Of a stretch of DNA of 38,133 nt, positions 13,159-23,847 are shown piece by piece. The notes under the pieces are model-generated. The model was not told the DNA's origin. It made no database searches and saw only the letters and a program-made list of their open reading frames with translations. Position 1 is the first letter of the stretch. Each line of letters begins with the position of its first letter. This stretch comes from Catajapyx aquilonaris (Eukaryota), in assembly GCA_000934665.2 (NCBI GenBank), contig JYFJ02003758.1:1-38133 (forward strand), in the 5' to 3' direction. Position numbers and translations under genes: made by a program.

Positions 13159-15176
13159 GCACTTATGCGCTGAATGAAGAGTTATTTTCTTGATTATTTT
13201 CAATGTTTACAATTTTATTTAAACATTCAATGTCATATATGAAACCTATACTAATAGCTATGTTAGCTGTGCCCCCTGCTACGACGTGTTTACTTTGGCG
13301 ATGAAAAACTAAGAGAGGGAGAAACACCCTCAACAGTAGTGTTATTGGCCGCACACTATGACACACAGGAAATCTGGCAGAACATTGGCGGAAGCTTGGT
13401 CATTCAGTTCGTGTCGCGAGATGTCGGCAATGCTACCAGAACTGTGCAGTTATAATGACGATTATATTTTACTTAAAGTGCAGCAGTAGTTATGTCGCAT
13501 TCGTTTTAGGTAGGAAATGTTGAGCAAATGTGGGAAGTCCTCCATTCTAAGTTTGTAGGATATGATTAGCACTATTTTTTGGTAGATTTGATAATAAAGT
13601 CAAAAAAAAAATGACAAAATTTTGTCATGCACATTTTTGCCAATTGTTATGAACTTGAGAGGTTTTTTAAAGTGTAGTGGGACAAAATTACTGCTGAAAT
13701 ACTGATTTATTTAGCAGCGAGTAGATTGGGATGTGCCAATAATAAGAAATTTCACTGCTAGGACACCTTCCGTAGCTATTTTGGATTTTTAAAATCATGT
13801 TTTAGAGTTTTAGCAGTTCTTGTATGAAACTTTGCATACACATACTTTACATGGGTTAGAACAGTATAGTCATGGTGCATTATTCTGGCATGACATTCGC
13901 AATATCTTTTTCTCTCATCAGGTGGAAGCGTAGAACTTAAGTAGATATGCAAGACAACATATGATTCATGACATGAATCACTCTGTCAAATATATGTGCC
14001 ATGACTTATTCTGTTCCAACTCATTTATGTTGATTACACAATGAGGATGAGATAGGGTAATGGTGAAGCGCTGATGGATTATTCACCCCTGTCCATGTAA
14101 ACAAAAGCTGGCAAAAACGTAAACTAAGGCCTGAACATTATGCTGGGTCTGGATTGTAGTTTGATAGCCGACTAGGAGTGACTACTTGATCAGCGTTTCC
14201 CCATTTTCTCTCTCTGGAGTGGCAGCCTGGGCAGAGAAACACCAGGTATTGTCAAGAGTACATGGTACTTTTTATGTAATGCCAAGGCCTGCAAGGAGAA
14301 GTGGCTGGAAGAGGAGGTGCAGTTCCAGTGCAAGGTTGGTCTATCCTTCTGAGTGATTAGCCTAAGGGAAATCCCACCCGAAATAGAGCCGGAGACTACC
14401 CAACTTCACATGAGATGAAAGGCTCCAGTGAAGGACTGATCGTAGAATGCGTGACCACAGATCATTGCGTTGTGTTATTGCTTTGAACTTGTTCCAATAG
14501 TTGCTATTGGGCAGCGATATGATGAATTTGGGATTGTTCATAACTGAACCAAAATGTGCGTTCAAGAAATTCATCAGCATGTTTATGAACTTTGATCTAC
14601 CAACCGCATAGGTTTTATGATGCTAATCTGTGGGGAAACTTACTTTCTCTGTACTATTAATTTTTCAGGTAGGAAATACGTAAAATAATTTCATTATAAA
14701 ATATGTAAATATTTCCTAGAACTCATCTGCGAAGAGACAAAAAAAAGAAGCACTTGTTATGACCTTCAACTACAATTATTATGAAAAGCCCATCAGAATC
14801 AGCCAATACTCCGATTTTTATATAAGTCACAACCAACATTTTCTGCTGTCATTGTAACATGTGACACAACCACAGGTGTCATTTGGACCTTGAAAAATCA
14901 ACAGAAGTTTGCGCACGGCACTTTCCCCCTTTTTTCTTGAACTGGGATTTCACCTAGGGGGATTAACTAGTCATCCTGCAACCCAGGCTGTCTGGCGACA
15001 CATGGTGCTAAGTTATTTCCATTGTTTAGTGTCGGGTGCAGAGGTGGGAGGGGACAGTTTGGCTTTGGGTCACTGGGGATAGTCTGCTGCTGGATTGGTG
15101 TCACTTTGCTGGCTGCTCCTGCCTGGGAAGACGATTTGAATCGCGTGTCTCTCGTTGCATCTGTCAGTTGTTCAAG

Positions 15177-17506
15177 ATGTTGCTGGAAGATTCTGCTGGA
15201 GGAGAGATGGTCACTGCTGCCAAGAGGCCCAGGTTGCCCCCACCTGACAAACAGGTACACACTACTCGCGGTATTTTTTTATTTGCAGGTCCCTTTACTT
15301 TGATTACGATCCAAGATGTGGGTTTGAGCTTTTCACGCGTTTGCAAGGTCATTTTTTTGATCTGTATCCAGAAGCAGATACAACATGGGATAACGTCCTT
15401 AGTGACAGAGCCACACAGATCAGGTCATCTGGGTCATCTGCAGTAGTTAGTCTGTCCAAAACATACTTTGTAAGAAGTCAGAGTCAGAGCCTGATTGACA
15501 GGATTTGTCATGTAGCAGGCTGGAAGATAAGGACCACCTGGGGACATGGTACCAAGTACCAGGTGGTTTGGTGGTGGGGAAAAGTGGCTGGTGTCAGCTA
15601 ATCTTATCTGCCTTGGGTTGGCCTTGAGAGCTTGGCTTTGCTTTTGGTGGGAATTAGTGAAAAATCCAACTCGCTCATTTTTGGCACTTTTCTTTAAAAA
15701 AAAAAATGTAAGAACTGTCTTTACTACAAGCTAGTAGGAGCATGTCATGCTATTCCATTATATAACTTTTTCCTCGTATTTCAGGACCATTCATTGCAGA
15801 CCTTTGACATCATCCATCTGTCAAAAGGAGTTGAATATATTGTTGGAGACAGGCTTGGCAAGGGTGGTTTTGGGGAAGTTCTCATGTGCATGAAGGCAGA
15901 CTCCAACTCGGGAAAAGTCAGTCGACATCCAGATGCCATAGCTTTGAAGGTCCAGAGGAAGTCAAGTTCATGGAAGCAAGAGGTATCCATCATGAAGAGG
16001 CTGAAGAAGGGAGGGAGTGGCACGAAGATCCCAAGATTTGCCTGCATGAAAGCAACAGGGGCCGTGGAAGATGATGAGGATGAACATGGAATTGTGAAGA
16101 TGATCGATTACTTCACCGTCCGAGGTCTCCACTGCATTGCCCTTGAGATCATGCCGATGAATCTTTGGATTCTGCTCCAGAAGCAGGACCTGTGCTGTTT
16201 CACCACATCGCAAATCTCTACTGTGGCTAGGCAGTTGCTGATTTCTTTGGATTGGCTGAAGGCTAGTTTGCTTAATTAATTAAACCGATCAGAAGTTCCT
16301 TCTTGTTTTCTGATTTACCAGTGCATTTTCAATGCAAGTGGAACCTGCAGCCTAAATTGTTTGCAATTAAAGTTAAGCAGGTGCAATATTGTCGCCTATG
16401 TTGTACGAGTCTCGCATGTTTGTTTTGAGTTAATTATGCATGTGCGTCAGGAACAGGGTATGTAATGTAATGGTTGAAGAATGCCATATTCAGTAGTTTT
16501 AATGATTAATCTACTTCACAGGAACGGGGTGTGATTCATGCAGATCTGAAGGTGGATAATGTGCTGGTGGATCCACGGACCTGGACTGTCAAGTTGGCTG
16601 ATTTTGGCATGTCCTTTCCCAAGAAATTGGCAGGAAGTCTGCATGGACATTGGTTTCAAACACCTCCATACAGAGCTCCAGAGGTGTATGTTGGTAAGTT
16701 AACTGGTTCAAATTAAGTTCCAGCAAGTGGCTGACCTTTTTCTTTTTCTTCTTCCTCTAGGATTGCCAGTTTCGGAAGCCATTGATGTCTGGTCACTTGG
16801 ATGCATGTGTGCGACCATGTACTTTGGTGTGTGTTGCCCCATGTTTTCACCCCTTGAACGACTCGATGATCTCCTCACTTTGCATCTCATGGTCAACCTC
16901 CTCGGGGAGATGCCCAAAATGAGGTTGCATGAAGGATTGTTCACCCTGAACTACTTTGATTTTGACAGCAAGACCAGGCAGTACGAGCTCAAGGTAAGCT
17001 TGCAAAATACACTCGGATAATTTCAGATTGACGTCACCATTGTTAACATGAATGCATTCGGAAATGCCAGTCTGTAATGTCAACCGTGATTGTTGAAGGG
17101 TTGGGCTGTAATATGAATTCTTTAACCTCTTTAGCAAATTTTGTACAGCGTTGTGAGAGTAGTCAACACAAATAGGACACAATGTCATTTCCTTTGGTTC
17201 TTTGAACAATGTTTTTGACTTACCTGGGTTATTGTTGTCATCCTCAGGAGAAGTCTATCGTTGGCCGGCAAGCAAGGGCAATGCTGGTAGATGGTGGGAT
17301 CTGTGATTTTGGAGAGGTCATGGAGCCTGACTTTGCTGAATTTATGTGGCAGTGCCTTGACATGAACCCGGTAAGAAATGATAATTTGTTGACAAGAGAT
17401 CCCATTAATGACCAGGCTTTGTTTTTTTTTTAAATTTTAGGACACACGTGTTGTACCAAAGGATGCACTGGAGCTGTCCTTTGTGAAGAATATCACATTC
17501 TTATAA
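15177..17506 (+). CDS. K3: HIPK-like Ser/Thr kinase with a non-canonical donor after the large exon
   Basis: Candidate first exon 15177-15254 (MLLEDSAGGEMVTAAKRPRLPPPDKQ; less certain), then 15785-16261, 16522-16693, 16761-16993, 17248-17370, 17441-17506. Motifs GKGGFG, IALK, HADLKVDN, DFG, YRAPE, GLPVSEAIDVWSLGC (close to HIPK GLPFCEAIDMWSLGC). The donor at 16261/16262 reads AAG|GCTAGT. Confidence 0.85.
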
Positions 17507-17825
17507 GAACTGCTGTTAAACTTTTTTTTTTTTTTGGAAGCCTAGTGTGTGTAGCACACTAGGCAATGACAGGTTATGGATTCCTTGACTCCATGGTATA
17601 TTTCATAACATTTAGTAAATATTTACTGGAATGGCAAGACGTAAGGAACTTGGCTAGGAAAATTGTCAGAGTTGTTTAAGAGTTTGCCTCGACGTCAAAG
17701 GCAGTTACAATTTCAAGAGGTCAAAAAGGTGGTGGCACAAACTTTTTTTTGTTTTCCAGGTTCTGAGAGAGTCGTCCACAATTTGATGTGTTTGCCATGT
17801 CTGTTGAAGCATTTTTCTGTGATGA

Positions 17826-18005
17826 TGGCAGTGCTGGAACTCGGGTACAGACAGAGAAGGTCGGTGAGATGAAGGATGCTGAGGGACTCCAGTGCGAAAG
17901 CATCATGAGATGCATCCTTAATCTCACCAACCTTCTCTGTTCGCTCCACGCTGTTCATCTAAAGCACGGTCTGTGAGTGTCAGTACCCTAGTTCCAGCAC
18001 TGCCA
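17826..18005. repeat. Imperfect fold-back (two nested inverted arms) downstream of the K3 stop
   Basis: 17826-17852 pairs with 17979-18005; 17851-17879 pairs with 17912-17940. Confidence 0.8.
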
Positions 18006-18270
18006 CCTTCACTCTCCTCATTGTGACTAGACCTATGCCAAGTGAGCCTCTCATAGACTTGATCACAACCTAGGTGCAGCTAGTTTTGCCTGACAGGTAG
18101 GTACAAGATCAGTCTCATCCAGGTCCTTCCACTTCATGAGTCGCATATGGTGTGTCTCATCAAAAGGAAGGTTGTAATCAAATCTGTACGCTCCTACCAG
18201 AATAACAATGGACAACTGCCTTACTCAAGTCGGGAACCTGCCAACCTGGCCTAGTACTCCTAATTTACAT

Positions 18271-18276
18271 AATAAA
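18271..18276 (+). promoter_or_regulatory. Candidate polyadenylation signal of K3
   Basis: AATAAA about 765 nt after the stop, followed by GT/T-rich sequence. Confidence 0.35.
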
Positions 18277-19312
18277 TCCATTACATCTGTATCAATAATT
18301 GCACTGTATGTTTGGGGGTCAAGGAATGTCCTGTCAGTCACATGGTTTTACATGTTTTACTGTATATTATTTCTGAGTACATTGCATTGTTAATAACATA
18401 AAGACGCATACTGTAATTACATCATGTATTTTATGTTGCATGAAACCATGAGTTTCCATGCCATTTGAGATATTTTTATGAAGGACTGAATTTATTTTGT
18501 GCAAATAAATCCTACAAGGTGTGTTCTTGTGCAAAATAATTTTTCTATAATGCATTCTGGCTGTTAAAAACTTATATAATAGTAGCCCAAGAAAATTTAA
18601 GAATTTGTTTCAAGGTAAGTGGACCAAGATTGCAGGCACAAACGACATCCTCTCGACATATTAATTCCAACCTGTACTTTTTCAGGCAGAGATGAAAGTT
18701 ACATGCGAACTTCCAACTGTTCAGCACTTTTCCTAAAGTACTTCTGGAGGATTGATTTTCTGTCACCTGCACTCCTTTTGTGTGGTTCATATTAATTCCC
18801 TGCACAAGAGTTAAGTATGTTTTTTGTTGCTTTCTTCCTGTTAGATTCCATGTTTTGCATGTGCATTTGAATGCACGCAATGCCAGGTGCTGGGATGGGA
18901 AATGCAGGTGCAAGTGCCATTGTTGGACGAGGCCATTTTATGCATCACCGGGGATGGTTAGTCAAACAGAAATTCCACCGAAACAAAGGTGGAGATGATC
19001 TTTAATGCAGCATGAGATGAAAGTGGGGAAGATCTAGGTGTGATATCAAACCATGATTAAGTGTAGAATTGAATCAATGTCTTCTATGCTTCAATTGGCT
19101 TCCCTCGTCCCTGGAAGACTCTTAGACCAGTAACATAATAAAAGATTCATTTACGTCAGTATTGAGTAAATGGCTCCATTGCTGGAAACTATTCATATTG
19201 ATTCTACAATATTTGTCAATTTTTTTTCCAAGCTGTAAGGTCGCAATTAAGCACTACTGTACCTGAGTCCGCATCATACAAGTAGTGCTTACCTCATATT
19301 CCACAATAATAT

Positions 19313-19700
19313 TGTTATGTTGGTAGCATTTGTAATTGTTTCTGTTTCTATTGTTGCAGTTGCCAGGAGAAGAAAACTATTTTGCTATTGGCAGTTGATG
19401 AGTGTAAGCCGTTAGGTGATCTGACACAGTGGTATGTATCTAAGCTTCATTTCCTTGCAAGTTATGTATGAGGAGTTATTTGAGCGTGTCTGCTTCTCTG
19501 TTCAGTATGGGATGTCAAATTTTGCGATAAAATAATGGCTAAGTAGCAAATGACCACAATCGATCTGTTTATTTCATCTGCTATCATCTGGATAATTACT
19601 TCTGAGCAATAATTTAGTTTCACAGAGATGAAGCACATGAGCAGGGAAGAAGTCAAGCGAAGGCTTGCAGATATACAATGTTGGCATATACATAATGCAA
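19313..19700 (+). repeat. Copy 1 of a diverged ~380-bp direct duplication (copy 2 at 22334-22700)
   Basis: Colinear shared blocks TGTTATGTTGGyAGCATTTGTAATTGTT, ATTGTTGCAGTTGCCAGGAGAAGA, GATAAAATAATGGCTAAGTAG, CCACAATCGATCT, CATAATGCAA. Confidence 0.85.
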
Positions 19701-20431
19701 CTGAAAATGAGTTGAATGTTATTGTAGGTCCGAGTCTGTATGCCTTTGAACCCCCCCTTCGCTGTGAAGTTGTGTTAGTTTGATGCAATGTTAGCCATAA
19801 TCAGTCCCCTGGGTTATTTCCACATCACAATCTGCCATGCACATTATGACTCCTTCTCTGCATGGCATACACAGCACATATGTCCTTTGACTGTGTTTGA
19901 AAGTTACTCAAAATAACCTTGAGTTGTTGGTTCATTGGGTGTTAATAATGTGGACCCTATGCTTTTTGGCTGACTCACCAGCTTAATCATGAAGCAATGT
20001 AGGATCAAGAAATGGGGAGAGATCAAATTGAATAGTGGGGGTCTTGGTAGATTTATCCCAAGTTAAATTTTGTGGATACTCGATGTATATTTTACTAACT
20101 GGAGAGTATTGATTTTTGTACATTTAAATCGGAAAAGTTGCGCACAATTTTGCGCACAAGAATAATTTATGTGGAATACTTTTATGCCGCTATCCTCCAC
20201 TGGTTTCCTCCAGCCGTACCAGACCAGCAACCTACTAGTGGACCAGGTTCCAGGTTGGAATAGGTTCCTTTTTCTGGATGCTGCGTAAATGACCACACTC
20301 ATTAGAATTTTTTGTCAGTATGTCACTCATTTTTCCACAGTGTAATGTGGCAACATGGCGAAAAGTAGTACCATTGGACATGAGTCCTTCTCAGACCAGA
20401 TAATTATGGTCGTCTCTTATTCCACAATGAA

Positions 20432-21190
20432 TAGATCAAAAACTTTCCCTTCAGTAAAAAAAAGAGAAGTAAGACCTTCGCGGCGGAATGAAAGTACTGA
20501 AACAAGGCAGGCGCACGTAAGACCTTCACCAATTGATTTAAGCTGTACCATAGGTCTTACTCAAGCAATTCCCAATTCACTGCTCATGAAGTCTCCTTTC
20601 TGAAACAAATTTGTGGAATTTCCGTCCTACTACTAATTACTTCTAACAGCAGTACCAGTGTGCTGCAATTGTACTGCTAAGTTAGCAGTAACTACAGACC
20701 TATAGTTAATAGTAATAGTAGTACGACGAAAATTCTGCCCATTAATTTTCCATGAGCCGCTCCATATTAGTGTTTTATGAAATTAGGAACTTCAATATTA
20801 AGCACATTGAATTTCTATGCGATTAGTGCGAATTATTGCCATGAAACATGCTGATTTTAACTCTAGCGTTTAATTTTTCACATATAAACGTTAATTGGTG
20901 AATTTTAGAGGGTCTTTTTCGATTGGACCGAGTCTGTTTGAATGGGTTTAGTTTTTCCCCAATTTTTTTCTTTTAATAATAAAATCCTACCTATACTGCT
21001 CTGAGTAGTTTGCAGCAGTCATTTTACGAGACGTTCCATACCGTACTTGAGAATTGCTTGAGTAAGACCTATGGTACAGCTTAAATCAATTGGTGAAGGT
21101 CTTACGTGCGCCTGCCTTGTTTCAGTACTTTCATTCCGCCGCGAAGGTCTTACTTCTCTTTTTTTTACTGAAGGGAAAGTTTTTGATCTA
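20432..21190. mobile_element. Non-autonomous DNA element with 140-bp perfect terminal inverted repeats
   Basis: 20432-20571 is the exact reverse complement of 21051-21190 by eye; ORFs 20355+ and 21019- share an identical peptide. GTAAGACCT occurs three times per arm. The TSD can be read as TA or AAT. Confidence 0.9.
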
Positions 21191-21383
21191 ATTTCAGTTC
21201 TTTTTTGACAGTACACGAAACTTACGTCTACACTATACAGTCTGCACTATGAATGCATTGGAGACGATTTTCGTCGCTGAGAAGTCCCTAAAATTATTTT
21301 CACAGAGATAGTCGTAAAAAAAACGAAAGTCGAGTGCTACCAGCCAACGGTTAGTCTGATTTAATTAGTCTGGCTTAATAGTA

Positions 21384-21819
21384 CAGTTGAATCCGGATAA
21401 AACAAACTTCAAGAGACTGCGGAAAAAGTATGTTATAACCGGGCCTGTTATAGCCGAATCGTCACGCAACGAAAACATAAATTTCTGCTTTCAATATGGC
21501 TGTACTATGCACTATTAGACTACATACCGATTAATGAAATCTGTCACAAATGCAATATTGGCTCACCCGAAAATAATTATGCAGGACCAAAATATCCGAA
21601 ATTTCCTTCTGCCGTTTCCTTTTCGCAAATTTTACACCTGGAAAACAATACTGTATTTTCCCACCGAGGGTCCTAGAAATTGTCTGTTATACCCGAGGTG
21701 AGGTGAAAATGAGTCTGTTATATCAGGAGTGAAATACACAGGGCCTTATGGAAGCATGCCGGGACAGCCTTTATAACCAAGTATGTTATAGCCGAGGCTG
21801 TTATATCCGGATTCAACTG
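21384..21819. mobile_element. Tc1/mariner-superfamily (pogo/Tigger-like) MITE
   Basis: ta|CAGTTGAATCCGGATA...TATCCGGATTCAACTG|ta: TA TSD, CAGT termini, repeated subterminal GTTATA[G/A/C]CCG motifs. Confidence 0.85.
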
Positions 21820-22017
21820 TAAATCTGTAATAATTACAATGCGTTCACCTTATAGCAGCGGCAGGGTATAACATTTCGCTAATAACAATATGGCTAGTTG
21901 GTAAACAAGAATTGACGTCTCTAGGTGATGGCATTATGAACAAATGAATTAATGACAGAAAACATACGAGGTGAAAAAATCACAGCTCCAATCCTGTAGC
22001 AGTGGGAACTGTGAGAT

Positions 22018-22213
22018 TTTGAACATAGATCCACACCATCCCACTGCACCTGCGGCCCTTTGATGAAGAAACCAAATTCCGAATAGTTATTGAGCAAAAA
22101 AATGAGACGTATTTTTTGATGGTTTAAAATTTTTTGCGGCGTTTTGAAGAGGAATTAAGTAAAAGTGTAAATGGTAGGAAATCAAGTCACGACGGTGGGG
22201 ATCTGTGTTCAAA
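22018..22213. repeat. Short imperfect inverted repeat, probably a repeat-element fragment
   Basis: TTTGAACATAGATCCACACCATC (22018-22040) vs GACGGTGGGGATCTGTGTTCAAA (22191-22213). The nearby TAGGGCGAATAAA motif recurs near 24822. Confidence 0.5.
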
Positions 22214-22333
22214 TTTTGGAAGCTCTACCTATAGCAGAACTTGAGTTAGGGCGAATAAAAAAAACGTAACAACAACAAGAAGAACAAGTAGGAAAAATTC
22301 ATTGTTGAAACATTGTTGAAATCTATGCTACGT

Positions 22334-22700
22334 GTTATGTTGGCAGCATTTGTAATTGTTAGTCTTTTTATTGTTGCAGTTGCCAGGAGAAGAGAGCTGT
22401 TTGGCTATTTGCAGACGTGACTTTTTTGAGCTGTTTGGTGATCTAGTGCTGTGGTAGGATATCTGCTTCATTTGTTTACAAGTTGTTATTTGGGCATGTC
22501 TGCTTCTCTGGTCAGTGTGGGATGTTGAATTTTGGGATAAAATAATGGCTAAGTAGAAAATGGCCACAATCGATCTTTATTTCATCTGCTTTACCCCCTG
22601 GTTCATTACCTTCTGAGCTATAATTATGTTTCACAGGGGAGAAGCATGCGGGCAAGGAAGAAGTCATTGCAGACATGCAATATTGATGTACATAATGCAA
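22334..22700 (+). repeat. Copy 2 of the diverged ~380-bp direct duplication
   Basis: Colinear with 19313-19700. Confidence 0.85.
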
Positions 22701-23081
22701 ATGCAGATTAATCGAATGGTGCAGGCATTGGTTTATGTTATGGGACAATGTAACGTGTAATGTTTTTAAAATGGCAGTAACCAAGAGCTCTTGCAGTAAC
22801 TTATTCAGACCTTGCCTTTTCTCATCATGTGGAGGGGATGGACCTATCAACAAAAAAGTACTTAAACTGTGCATGAGGTGAGGGAATAGACAATCATTTG
22901 TAGGTGTGCTCCCAATTAAGAAGGAAAAATCTGGTTTTGTTGGATCATGCACTGTGAATACTTGCAGTATGTTTGTCATCTGACATTTCCTTTTATACCA
23001 TGTAGTTCCCCTGCGATATTCCAAGCAGAACTTCTGCTTGTTGTGTTGTGAGCGATTATGGCTTCATTACATAGATTATCT

Positions 23082-23446
23082 AGGGAGGCATGGTGGTCTA
23101 GTGGTTACGCCGCTGGCCAGCCAAGCGGGAGGCCGGGGTTCAAATCCCGTCCCCGTCACCTCTGCTTGGCCGGGTCTTTTTCCGCTTTTCACCCGACATG
23201 CCGGAGCAGAATTGCACTCCCTTCTCTGCTCGGGGCCAGGAGAAAAGGTCTGGTGTTTAAGAGGGTCTGCAATGACTAGAAACTACATGAGAGCGCCCTC
23301 CCTTGGGAAGCTACCCTTCCCCATACGCCCGTGGACCAGGGCGTTGCGACGAAAAAAAAACTGTATGTAAAAAATTGCAAAATAAATAAAGGTCCGTGCA
23401 ATACCTCGAATGAGGTCCGCACTACCCAATTATTATTATTATTATT
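23082..23446 (+). mobile_element. Full-length tRNA-derived SINE with (ATT)n tail and 16-bp TSD
   Basis: Pol III A box TGGTCTAGTGG and B box GGTTCAAATCC in a tRNA-like head with GCC at the anticodon position; 3' (ATT)n tail; perfect TSD ATTACATAGATTATCT at 23066-23081 and 23447-23462. Confidence 0.9.
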
Positions 23447-23847
23447 ATTACATAGATTATCTTGCCAGTTTTTGTCTTGTCTCACACTTGAGTAACAGGG
23501 GTCATCCTCCCGGTTATTCCATATGCAGTCACCTTTGCTGAATTGGCTTGTTGGTTATTTTCTATCAGTCTTGTTTTAATATAACACAATTATTCATGTT
23601 ATCGCTAACTTTATTAAATGATTTTCCTCACAGAATTGAAATCGGCCACATCAAGTTGAGCAATTTCTTTTTGGAATATCGCAGGGACCATTTGCCCGAG
23701 AAGTGTTCACATGTTAACCCTGTGTTAACAGCACAAACAATTATTTTGTCTGATGTGTCTTTGGCAGGTTGGAGACTCAAACGTTGAAGCTACAGGGACA
23801 ATCAAAAGGCATCAAGCCAACTCGAGCAAGGACTGTTGTCAGCTAAG

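Noticed and set aside
14150..14600. Possible decayed LINE coding fragment
   Set aside because: Compositional impression only; no defensible motif.
20355..21216. Two ORFs sharing an identical peptide
   Set aside because: A by-product of the 140-bp inverted repeat, not duplicated genes.
22512..23024. 170-aa minus-strand ORF
   Set aside because: Overlaps the duplicated segment, whose other copy differs by indels; no domain recognised.
23083..23158. Functional tRNA-Gly gene
   Set aside because: Acceptor and anticodon stems pair poorly; the body, (ATT)n tail and TSD identify a SINE.
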